Shown here one piece after another: positions 1 to 8,562 of a stretch of DNA of 64,000 bases. Source of the stretch: Euryarchaeota archaeon UBA130 (GTDB lineage: Archaea > Thermoplasmatota > Poseidoniia > Poseidoniales > Thalassarchaeaceae); contig DAVY01000009.1 of NCBI GenBank assembly GCA_002505775.1, positions 101,614-165,613 on the forward strand, given 5' to 3'. Position 1 is the first letter of the stretch; the number at the start of each line of letters is the position of its first letter. A program made the position numbers and the translations under genes. Under the pieces are notes generated by a model, which had not been told where the DNA came from, did no database searches, and saw only the letters and a program-made list of their open reading frames with translations.

Positions 1-1103
1 TCTGCTGTAACATCAGCAAAGACGGTCGGCTTCACGAAAAATCCAGTATTAATCCCGTCTGGCAAACCCTCTCCTCCAGAAATAAGGGTAGCTCCTTCTG
101 ATATCCCTAATGAGATATACTCTGATACTGATTTTTGCTGACTCTCTGAGACCATGGGTCCACATTTGATTGACTCATCCATAGGGTCACCAACTGAGTA
201 TCTTTCCATCGTTGATGCAATGATGTTTACAATTTCATCTCGATGACTAGCCGGAACTAGTAGGCGACTAAGAGATGAGCATTCTTGGCCGGAGTTATTG
301 AAACAAGAGTATACCGCCATTTTGGATGCCTTTGCTATATCTGCATCATCAAGGATGATATTAGCACTCTTTCCTCCCAGCTCAAGAGTCACTCTCTTCA
401 CCGTTTCAGAGGCGGCTTTAGAGACACTAACTCCAGCGGATGTAGACCCAGTGAAACTAACCATATCGACTTCAGGGTGGGAGGAAATAACCTCTCCAAT
501 TTCTCTTCCGTGACCAGATACTAGATTGAATACTCCCGCGGGAAGGCCGCATTCATCGATGATATCAGCAAGAATGAATGCATTTAGAGGAGCTTCTTTT
601 GATGGCTTCAATATCATTGTACAGCCTGCTGCGAGGGCTGGAGCCACCTTTCCCACAATCTGGTGAAGTGGAAAATTCCAAGGAGTAATCATTCCAACTA
701 CCCCAATAGGCTCCTTTACAATGAGTGAATTCCTTACCTTTTCCTCCCACTCAAAGGTTTCTAGAATCTTGGCATAAGATTTCGCAACAACTCTCGGAGT
801 TCCGACCATTGCCATCCTAGAATAATTGATGGGGGTCCCAACTTCCGAGGTAATCAGCTTAGCAATCTCTTCTCCTCTCTCAGCAATTGCAGATGAGATT
901 GCGTTCAGGTACCCCTGCCTCTCTTCTATACTGGACTTCGACCACGAAGGAAATGCGGCTCTAGCTGCCGAAATGGCCGCATTGACATCTCCTTCCGTAC
1001 CAACTGGAACAGAGCCGATGACTTGTTCATTTGCCGGGTTGATGATCTCAATTTTTCCATCCCCCCCTGCTGGAACCCACTTCCCATCAATGTATATGGC
1101 ATC
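1..1103 (-). CDS. aldehyde dehydrogenase (NAD(P)+); C-terminal end runs off the left edge
   Basis: Not in the ORF track (no stop in window). Hand translation of the minus strand gives one open frame with ALDH hallmarks: VKEPIGVVGMITPWNFP, catalytic-Glu box LELGGKSANII, catalytic-Cys box FNNSGQECSSLSR, and GFFVKPTVFADV at the edge. First in-frame ATG is at 1103. Confidence 0.85.
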
Positions 1104-1183
1104 TCGCGTAATCATATACTTCCCAGTGAGGTCTGACTTATCACCTTCATGGAGTTCAATAATGAGTACCCCTTTCGATTGCC

Positions 1184-1984
1184 ATGCCCTTTACCGTCGA
1201 AAGGCATGATGGCGGCGTCGCAGTTGTCCACATGTCAGAAGAAGCTTCGAGAAACACCTTCAATCCAGAAAATTTTGGCCCCATAAGGAACAAATTGATG
1301 TCACTGATGGGAGATCCTACATGCAAAGCAGTCGTTTTAACGGGCTCTGGAAAATTCTTCAGCGCAGGAGGGCCGGTAGACGAATTTGCCGATGCCATAA
1401 ATGAGGGTACTATTGTTGATATGGTTAGTGAGATGACCAAATCACTGCACTCATTAATCCTAGAAATAAGAGCCTCAGATACTGTTTTTGTTTCTGCAAT
1501 AAACGGCGCCGCTGCCGGGGGCGGTCTCGGCCTAGCATTATCTACTGACTACAGAATATGCTCAGATAAAGCAAAGATAGCAGCGGCGTTTTTTGCACTA
1601 GGAGCATCTCCGGATGGAGGGACCACATGGCTATTGCCAAGACTAGTAGGAAGCCAAAGGGCCAGGAAGTTCTTCTTCGGAAATGAGGTCTGGTCAGCCA
1701 ACGATTCTCTAGAGGCTGGAGCAGTGGATGAAGTAACTCAATCAGAAACACTAATTTCGAGATCTATTGAAGTGGCTAAGGATTGGGGAAGATGGTCGGT
1801 AAACAGCCGTAGGTCTACAAAGCAATTGATCGATGCTTCGACATCTACGTTCTTGGAAACCCAATTAGAATTCGAGAGAGCCTTGATGATTTCTTCGTCC
1901 CAATCTAAGGATTTTCTCGAGGGAGTCACAGCATTCATGGAGAAAAGAGAGCCTCGATTCTCCGGAGGAAGTGAGGATGAATAG
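1184..1984 (+). CDS. enoyl-CoA hydratase/isomerase (crotonase) family protein
   Basis: 266 aa. Crotonase pattern KFFSAGGPV, AINGAAAGGGLGLALSTDYRI, and C-terminal EGVTAFMEKREPRF. Confidence 0.85.
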   Translation: MPFTVERHDGGVAVVHMSEEASRNTFNPENFGPIRNKLMSLMGDPTCKAVVLTGSGKFFSAGGPVDEFADAINEGTIVDMVSEMTKSLHSLILEIRASDTVFVSAINGAAAGGGLGLALSTDYRICSDKAKIAAAFFALGASPDGGTTWLLPRLVGSQRARKFFFGNEVWSANDSLEAGAVDEVTQSETLISRSIEVAKDWGRWSVNSRRSTKQLIDASTSTFLETQLEFERALMISSSQSKDFLEGVTAFMEKREPRFSGGSEDE

Positions 1985-2426
1985 GCGCTTGATAATTCTC
2001 AGGCACGCGCATAGTAGTAGGGACGACCCCGATTTAGACGATCATGACAGGCCATTGGATGAGATGGGGCGTCGAGATTCACCGATTGTTGCTAGGGAAA
2101 TAATTCAGAGGGGCTGGAAGCCAGACCATATCTTCGTCAGTAGCTCTTTGAGAACACTACAGACTTTGGAGAATATGGGGCCTCAGTTTTCAGAGATACC
2201 AAAATCCATCGAAGGAGAACTATACCAAGCCTCCCTTCTAACCTTGCTTTCTATGGTGGATAGAATCGACGAGGGATGCACTGAAATGATAATTGGACAC
2301 AATCCTAGTTGTGAGATGCTACTGGAATCTATGACTGGTAATCTTGAGATGTTGCCGACCTGCTCAGCCTCACTAATTTCAATGGTAGGGGGAAAATGGA
2401 TTCTCAATGATATCATTAGACCATAA
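1971..2426 (+). CDS. histidine phosphatase superfamily protein, SixA-like
   Basis: 151 aa. N-terminal LIILRHAHS (catalytic RH motif) and later IGHNP. Overlaps the upstream gene by 14 nt. Confidence 0.7.
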   Translation: MRMNRRLIILRHAHSSRDDPDLDDHDRPLDEMGRRDSPIVAREIIQRGWKPDHIFVSSSLRTLQTLENMGPQFSEIPKSIEGELYQASLLTLLSMVDRIDEGCTEMIIGHNPSCEMLLESMTGNLEMLPTCSASLISMVGGKWILNDIIRP

Positions 2427-2430
2427 GAAG

Positions 2431-3483
2431 TCAACTGCTATTCCATGCAAGAGCATCAGTGAAGAAAGACACCAACCTTCCTTGGTATTCTGGATTCTCC
2501 CAAACTGCATCCACATGACCAGAATCCTCGATCATCCATAGCGTCACGTTCGCATCCGAAGCAAGAGCCCTATCATAGAACATCTGAGAATGAAGGGGGG
2601 AAATTCTCCCATCATCTTCGCCATGCGCAAGATACATCGGCCTTTCTCCAGCCTTGGATGCAGCGGTCATTGGTGGCACCTCATTAGGATTAATCCCGAT
2701 AATTCTCTCCCCCATTGCAATAGCAGGTGATGCCAGCATCTTTGGATACCCAAGTCTCTCCAGCTCATTCTCAACTAGCAATGGAAAGTCGATGATCGCA
2801 CTATCCAACCACATAGCTTGTATCTCGGACTCTCCGAATGCCAACGCTGTTGTAAGTGCTCCAGTAGATATCCCAAGTATGCCGATAGATGAGGAAGGAT
2901 AGGATTTTTCTTCCAAGAGCCAATCATATGCACCTAATACATCCAGATATTCCTTCTGACCTAGATACATATAGTCAGACACATTTTCACTAGCTCCATG
3001 ATTTCTGAGGTCAATCATCAGAGTATTAATGCCCCCGTCAGCTAAGTAACTGGCCGTAAGTAGAACTTCTGGTTTGCACTTTCCGTTCAGATATCCCCCA
3101 TGTACCAAAATTACAACCGGCGCAGACTCATCTACCTCTGAGTACCACGCTGCAATATTCAAACCATCTCGGCTACTGAAACTGATATTTTCGTAAGAAT
3201 CAAACTGCCACGGTGATGCGTCGAAATCCTTCCTAATTGAGATCCGGTTTTCTGAATCCGGCCAAGGCTCGAAGGACTCCCAATCATCATCCACAGTCCA
3301 ATTAGTTGGAGTATTAGACTCCCAAATTCCACATCCATGAGGTGAGGTCAAAGCCTGCATTGCGATTACGTGCCCCAAGCCGAACCAAATAGTTGGTACG
3401 AGGAGCAGGACCACGGCAGTTGAAACGGAGAAAATCTTCTTTCTTCGACTAATCGAGCCCCAATACTCCCTCGCCCCAGCCAT
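2431..3483 (-). CDS. membrane-anchored alpha/beta hydrolase
   Basis: 350 aa. N-terminal hydrophobic helix, nucleophile elbow GISTG, acid GEDDG and SGHVD near the C-terminus (Ser-Asp-His triad order). Confidence 0.75.
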   Translation of the reverse strand: MAGAREYWGSISRRKKIFSVSTAVVLLLVPTIWFGLGHVIAMQALTSPHGCGIWESNTPTNWTVDDDWESFEPWPDSENRISIRKDFDASPWQFDSYENISFSSRDGLNIAAWYSEVDESAPVVILVHGGYLNGKCKPEVLLTASYLADGGINTLMIDLRNHGASENVSDYMYLGQKEYLDVLGAYDWLLEEKSYPSSSIGILGISTGALTTALAFGESEIQAMWLDSAIIDFPLLVENELERLGYPKMLASPAIAMGERIIGINPNEVPPMTAASKAGERPMYLAHGEDDGRISPLHSQMFYDRALASDANVTLWMIEDSGHVDAVWENPEYQGRLVSFFTDALAWNSS

Positions 3484-3572
3484 GGTCCCAGAACACAGCC
3501 ATCATTGATGACTATTGCTGTAAATGGTATATCGACCGATGAGCACTTCAACCAAAGTCTACACGGAGCACC

Positions 3573-5219
3573 GTGGCGAGAGAGCTAATCCGTCTGGAAG
3601 ACGTGCATAGGGCGTTTGGTCCTCTGACAGTTCTAGAAGGAATCAATCTTAGAATAGATGAGGGAGATAGGATTGGAGTTGTTGGACACAACGGAGCTGG
3701 AAAGACTACACTACTACGTACGATTAGTAATCGAGATCAGGACATGGGCGACATAACGTATGCCGCTGGATTAAGGTTGGCATTCCTGACTCAAATTCGA
3801 GATATAGTGGAGGAAGCAACCCTCGGTGAGGAGCTAAACCGCAGAGGGAGGCAGTTTCAGGAGTTAGAGGACGAGATCTCCAAGATAGAGGGGATGATGG
3901 CAGACCCCGGATTCTATGATGGTGAATGGCAAAGTGCAATGGATAGGTATCAGGAGCTCCAGAGTCTGATGGCAAGATCCGGAGGAGGGGATGTAGCCGG
4001 ACATGCACAAGAAATTCTGAAGGCACTTGATTTAGCTCATCATTCGATAGATATCCCCCTCTCATCATTATCTGGAGGAGAGAGGGCAAAGGTGGCATTA
4101 GCCAGACAGTTGGTAGGGCTCAGAGAAATAGACGTATTTTTCCTAGACGAACCGACAAATCATTTAGATTTCCAGACATTGGATTGGTTGGAAAGGTTTC
4201 TGAATACATTCGAAGGAGCTCTATTGATAGTCAGCCATGATAGATACTTCCTTGACCGAGTATGCAACAACATAGTAGAGGTTCAAGATGCTCATCTAAA
4301 GGGATACAGTGGTAACTACACCTCCTTCTTGCATCAGAAGGAACTATTTCTACAGACATTACAAGATAGGATTGAGAAGACACAGAAAGAAGTCAAGAGG
4401 CTACTTGGAGCAATGCAGTCCATGAAAAGGGCCAATAAATACGACAAGTCAGTATCTCAGAAGCATGTCATGATTTCAAGGGCCCAAAGGGAATTAAAAT
4501 GGCTCAAGACACTCAAGCCACGTCAGAGGCAGTCTCTAAAATTTAACTTAAAATCAATAGAGAAGAGCAGTCTGGAGGTATTGGATTTTCATAATGCTAA
4601 ATTCTCGTTTCAAGATTTGAATAGGCCGATTATAAATGGCCTTGAAGTCGGCATAAGAAGAGGTCAGAAAATCGGCATAGTAGGGCCAAATGGTGCTGGA
4701 AAGACTACTCTTCTGAGATTAATTACAGGAGAAATTCAACTTGACTCCGGTTCGATTGACATCAGGCCCGGTGTCCAAATTGGTTATTTCCATCAAGATC
4801 ACAGATCACTGGATTTCAAATTAAATCCAGTTGAACAGGTTAAAGCCCTAAGGCCAAGAATGGATTATGGAGAAATTCGGGCACTTCTTGGACGGTTTCA
4901 ATTCACCAAAGATATGGTTAAGGTTCCATTGGGAAAACTTAGTGGAGGAGAGAGAGCAAGGATAGCACTCTTAGAACTCTTATTGGGAGAAAACAACATG
5001 CTCCTCTTGGACGAGCCGACAAATCATCTCGATACAGATGCAAAGGAAGCATTGGAAGAGACCCTCCAGGATTATGAAGGAGCTATAATAACAGTCAGTC
5101 ATGATAGATATTTCCTAGACAAAATTTGCGATACAATTTGGGAGTTACCAGGAGACGGGAGTCTATGGGTATGGCCGGGCAATTACTCAGACTATATCCA
5201 AAGAAAGAGCCAGCAATAA
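3573..5219 (+). CDS. ABC-F family ATPase (two ABC cassettes, no transmembrane domain)
   Basis: 548 aa with a GTG start. Walker A GHNGAGKTTLL and GPNGAGKTTLL, signatures LSGGERAK and LSGGERAR, LDEPTNHLD twice, SHDRYFLD twice, and a basic inter-cassette linker. Confidence 0.85.
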   Translation: MARELIRLEDVHRAFGPLTVLEGINLRIDEGDRIGVVGHNGAGKTTLLRTISNRDQDMGDITYAAGLRLAFLTQIRDIVEEATLGEELNRRGRQFQELEDEISKIEGMMADPGFYDGEWQSAMDRYQELQSLMARSGGGDVAGHAQEILKALDLAHHSIDIPLSSLSGGERAKVALARQLVGLREIDVFFLDEPTNHLDFQTLDWLERFLNTFEGALLIVSHDRYFLDRVCNNIVEVQDAHLKGYSGNYTSFLHQKELFLQTLQDRIEKTQKEVKRLLGAMQSMKRANKYDKSVSQKHVMISRAQRELKWLKTLKPRQRQSLKFNLKSIEKSSLEVLDFHNAKFSFQDLNRPIINGLEVGIRRGQKIGIVGPNGAGKTTLLRLITGEIQLDSGSIDIRPGVQIGYFHQDHRSLDFKLNPVEQVKALRPRMDYGEIRALLGRFQFTKDMVKVPLGKLSGGERARIALLELLLGENNMLLLDEPTNHLDTDAKEALEETLQDYEGAIITVSHDRYFLDKICDTIWELPGDGSLWVWPGNYSDYIQRKSQQ

Positions 5220-5325
5220 ACAGAATCCCGCTGTGTCATTCAGGCTCATCTTCCCACATTTACTCTATTCTATAACTGCCTATACTAAATAGAGTACCTA
5301 CGGGGGGCCTTTTGTAGGGTTCTCA

Positions 5326-6663
5326 GTGGTTCGATTCTCAGACTTAGGAATCAAGCCAAGCTTGGTCGAATCGCTTTCTAATGAGGGCATCATAGAACCC
5401 TTCGAAGTCCAAATTGAAGCCATACCAAGTGCGCTAGAAGGCAGAGACATATGTTGTAGGGCCCCAACTGGCTCAGGTAAGACCCTAGCTTTTGGCCTTC
5501 CTCTGATCTCAATGGCAAAACCGGCAGCATCTAAACGCCCCACTGCTCTGATATTAACTCCAACTAGGGAGCTAGCAGAACAGATAAGGAACGTTCTGGA
5601 TCCGTTGGCTTGGAGCTATTCTAAATTGAAAGTTCTCTCGATTTATGGAGGATCACCATACGGGAGGCAGATCAGGGCCCTAGAAAAGGGAGTAGAGATT
5701 ATAGTGGCATGTCCAGGAAGACTTCTGGACCTAATTGAGAGAGGAGCTCTGGCATTAGATGAAATCGATATTTTAGTTCTAGATGAAGCTGATAGGATGG
5801 CAGACATGGGATTCATGGAGCCAGTATGCAAGATTATTAACAAGTGTGCGAGTAATCCTCAGATGATTCTTTTCAGTGCGACACTAGATCGAGACGTCTC
5901 TAGACTAGTGAGGACGTACCAAAATGATCCTGTGAAGATTGAGGTAGGCCCTGAGGAAGTCAGTATGGAGACTATGGACCATAAGTTCTGGAATATCAAG
6001 CCACATAAAAAGACTGAGATAGCGGTGAAATCAGTCAGAAGATCGGGTAGGAGCATCATCTTCTGCAGAACCAGGGCTGGAGTAGATAGGCTTAGTGAGG
6101 AAATGAAGCTAGAAAGTGTACCCATCTCGTCCTTGCATGGGGGCTTGAATCAGAAACAAAGAGATCGAGCCATGAACAAATTCAGTAGTGGAAGGAGTAT
6201 GGTTCTCATCGCTACAGACGTGGCGGCACGGGGAATTGATGTTGATGGCATTAATTGTGTGATTCATTATGATCCTCCTGATGATGGAAAGGTGTACAAG
6301 CATAGAAGTGGCAGAACTGCTAGGGCTGGAAATAGTGGTACAGTAATATCATTTGTAAGGAAAAATGAACAGAGGACCTACAATAGAATTCAGAGAGAGG
6401 TGGGGATAAGGAAAAGATTCACCGACCCTAATCCCGAGGGACTCAAGAAAAATAAATTCGATCTAGTTCCCTCTAGAGAAGGAGAGAATGGCAGGGGTCA
6501 GAAGGCCAGAAAACCGAGGTCCAGAAGGGGACGCTCCAGAAATTCTAGAAGAGTCAGGGATAGAAAATCATCGGATACCGAGAAAAATAAGCCTCACCGA
6601 AACAAGAAGAAACGAAGACGGGGAAGAGGGCCAAAGAAGCGTAAGGCAGATGCCAGACCGTAG
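5326..6663 (+). CDS. DEAD-box ATP-dependent RNA helicase with Arg/Lys-rich C-terminal tail
   Basis: Motif I APTGSGKTLAF, motif II VLDEADRM, motif III FSATL, motif VI HRSGRTARAG. The last ~70 aa are almost entirely R/K/S/G. GTG start. Confidence 0.9.
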   Translation: MVRFSDLGIKPSLVESLSNEGIIEPFEVQIEAIPSALEGRDICCRAPTGSGKTLAFGLPLISMAKPAASKRPTALILTPTRELAEQIRNVLDPLAWSYSKLKVLSIYGGSPYGRQIRALEKGVEIIVACPGRLLDLIERGALALDEIDILVLDEADRMADMGFMEPVCKIINKCASNPQMILFSATLDRDVSRLVRTYQNDPVKIEVGPEEVSMETMDHKFWNIKPHKKTEIAVKSVRRSGRSIIFCRTRAGVDRLSEEMKLESVPISSLHGGLNQKQRDRAMNKFSSGRSMVLIATDVAARGIDVDGINCVIHYDPPDDGKVYKHRSGRTARAGNSGTVISFVRKNEQRTYNRIQREVGIRKRFTDPNPEGLKKNKFDLVPSREGENGRGQKARKPRSRRGRSRNSRRVRDRKSSDTEKNKPHRNKKKRRRGRGPKKRKADARP

Positions 6664-6710
6664 AAATTAACCGAGTCGCTAAATTACCAGCTTCTTCTCT
6701 CATCTAACAG

Positions 6711-6785
6711 GCGGACATGGTCTAGTGGTTATGACAGCAGGTTCCCAACCTGCTAACCCGGGTTCAACTCCCGGTGTTCGCACCA
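6711..6785 (+). tRNA. tRNA-Gly (anticodon CCC), CCA encoded
   Basis: Hand-folded cloverleaf: acceptor GCGGACA/TGTTCGC, anticodon stem GCAGG/CCTGC with loop TTCCCAA, T arm CCGGG-TTCAACT-CCCGG, then discriminator A and CCA followed by TTTT. Confidence 0.9.
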
Positions 6786-7060
6786 TTTTGAGCTTCAATC
6801 ATCCTTAGCCTTATCACGCCAAAGATTAACGATAGAATGCAGACAAGTGCAGCCAAATTCGCTACAATTATTGAAAATGACCTAATCAGTATTCCATAAA
6901 TTAGCCAGAGTATAAGTGCAGTAGAGACAAGAAAGAATGTTGGGAGGGAAATCCCCTCATGCAAACCCTCTATCCAGACTTCCTTAATCTGGGGGATCCA
7001 AGCAATTACTCCCAGCGTACCAGCAATCAAACCAATTATCTCTATGAAAGCGCCTTGCAT
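6764..7060 (-). CDS. SemiSWEET / PQ-loop family small sugar-type transporter
   Basis: 98 aa with three predicted TM helices. PQ motif AWIPQIKEV followed by ISLPTFFL, LWLIYG and IVANL. The 3' end overlaps the tRNA-Gly on the opposite strand by 22 nt. Confidence 0.7.
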   Translation of the reverse strand: MQGAFIEIIGLIAGTLGVIAWIPQIKEVWIEGLHEGISLPTFFLVSTALILWLIYGILIRSFSIIVANLAALVCILSLIFGVIRLRMIEAQNGANTGS

Positions 7061-7069
7061 GAATACCGC

Positions 7070-7993
7070 TCACAAATCATCTCTTTCCGACTTTCCCTCA
7101 TTTGTCCAGACGTATATCCCTCTGCCCGTCTTTCTGCCTAAGTCCCCTGAATCTACGAGCTTGTCCAGTAGAGGATGAGGAAGGTATGATGGGTCCTCAA
7201 ATGACTCTGCCAAGTTCCTCAATATGTCCCTTCTGACGTCCAGCCCAACCAAATCCGAAAGCTCAAGCGGGCCCATTGGATGCCTGTATCCGAGCTTCAT
7301 CGCAGTGTCGATATCACTAGCACTGGCTACGCCTTCTGCAAGCATCCTAATTGCCTCATTACCAAGGACCACCCCTAGTCGGCTAGTAGCAAAACCAGGG
7401 ATATCTCCAACAATTATCGTAGTCTTCCCCATTGCCTCTCCGATTTCTTTGGCCTTCTCCAGAGTCTCTCCGGACACTAGATCGTGTTCAATAATTTCTA
7501 AGAGCTCCATGAGAGGAACTGGATTGAAGAAGTGCATCCCCACAACTCTCTCAGGACATTTGGTGGCAGAAGCGATTTCAGAAATTCTAAGACCGGATGT
7601 ATTTGTAGCCAGGATTGCATCTTCTGGAGCGTATCTTTCAATTTGGGCAAAAATACTCCTCTTTAGATCAATCTTTTCAGGGACAGCCTCGATTACTAAA
7701 TCAACACCCTCAAGTGCGTCTTCCAGGTTCTCTAATCTGTGCAAGTTTTTTGACCAGGACTTTACCTCGTCTTCCGAATTTTTCCCCCTTGAAATCCCCT
7801 TCATCCAGAACTCATTAATCGTTGAGAAACCCCTGTCCAAAGAATCACTGAATGCGTCATAAAGTTTGGTCTCCCATCCTGTCTGAGCGCAAACTTGTGC
7901 AATTCCAGAGCCCATAGTTCCGGCGCCAATAACAGCAACTTTGCGTACGTCCACGTTGCTTGGAGGAGCACCCATGAAATAAGGCGTACTCAA
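7070..7993 (-). CDS. 3-hydroxyacyl-CoA (3-hydroxybutyryl-CoA) dehydrogenase
   Basis: 307 aa. Rossmann VAVIGAGTMGSGIAQV, then NTSGL, GFATSRL and GYRHPMGPLELSDLVGLD, typical of 3HCDH N and C domains. Confidence 0.88.
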   Translation of the reverse strand: MSTPYFMGAPPSNVDVRKVAVIGAGTMGSGIAQVCAQTGWETKLYDAFSDSLDRGFSTINEFWMKGISRGKNSEDEVKSWSKNLHRLENLEDALEGVDLVIEAVPEKIDLKRSIFAQIERYAPEDAILATNTSGLRISEIASATKCPERVVGMHFFNPVPLMELLEIIEHDLVSGETLEKAKEIGEAMGKTTIIVGDIPGFATSRLGVVLGNEAIRMLAEGVASASDIDTAMKLGYRHPMGPLELSDLVGLDVRRDILRNLAESFEDPSYLPHPLLDKLVDSGDLGRKTGRGIYVWTNEGKSERDDL

Positions 7994-8562
7994 GCTTCCC
8001 GCCCATATGCGGCGAGTGCCGACTGAAACAGCCTCTGCCGAGGAACATCATGCTCTAGGAAGCATGTGAATGGGGCAACGTCCTTCAGAAGCTCGATTGC
8101 AGAAACATAAGCGCCGTAAATGAATGGATCGGCCTGCTCTATCGACGGTATCATTATTCCCAGCTTTTCCAATCCCTTTCGGGTATCCTCATCCCATATT
8201 GAGTATGTATGATGAGTGAAGTGTAGGTAAGCTGACAATCGGTATATGTCGGATTTTGCATTATCAGTCAGACTTTCAATCAGTAGTGTGTCAGGATATC
8301 TGATGGCGTAAAGAGAGAGCATAACCTCTCTTTGGGTCTCTTCCCTCCACATCCTCTTTGGAAGCCCCATCCATTCATCGATTTGATCAAGCATCTCAGC
8401 GGTGTAAGGCCTCTTGACAGTGTAGAGGAGATTCTCGTAGGTTTCTGAATCCTGATTTTCAGAGTGGTGGTGTTCATGGAAGTAATCAGTAAGGTGCTCA
8501 AAAAAGTGAGCACATTTGTCCTTGTCGAAAACTGATAATGAATGAAACTGCAAAGATATCAC
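7990..8562 (-). CDS. hypothetical protein, His-rich N-terminal segment
   Basis: 190 aa. Start abuts the boxB-like stop and the stop overlaps the hbd-like start by 4 nt. Contains HFFEHLTDYFHEHHHSEN. No family recognised. Confidence 0.55.
   Translation of the reverse strand: MISLQFHSLSVFDKDKCAHFFEHLTDYFHEHHHSENQDSETYENLLYTVKRPYTAEMLDQIDEWMGLPKRMWREETQREVMLSLYAIRYPDTLLIESLTDNAKSDIYRLSAYLHFTHHTYSIWDEDTRKGLEKLGIMIPSIEQADPFIYGAYVSAIELLKDVAPFTCFLEHDVPRQRLFQSALAAYGREA

Noticed and set aside
826-1440. ORFs 826-1209 (+) and 1156-1440 (-) around the ALDH start.
   Set aside because: 826-1209 is antisense to the ALDH frame. 1156-1440 is antisense to the crotonase gene. Neither has recognisable motifs.
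7224-7862. A 212-aa + strand ORF antisense to the 3-hydroxyacyl-CoA dehydrogenase gene.
   Set aside because: It is Ser/Pro/Ile-rich low-complexity translation lying entirely inside a strongly supported gene on the other strand. This is a typical shadow ORF.
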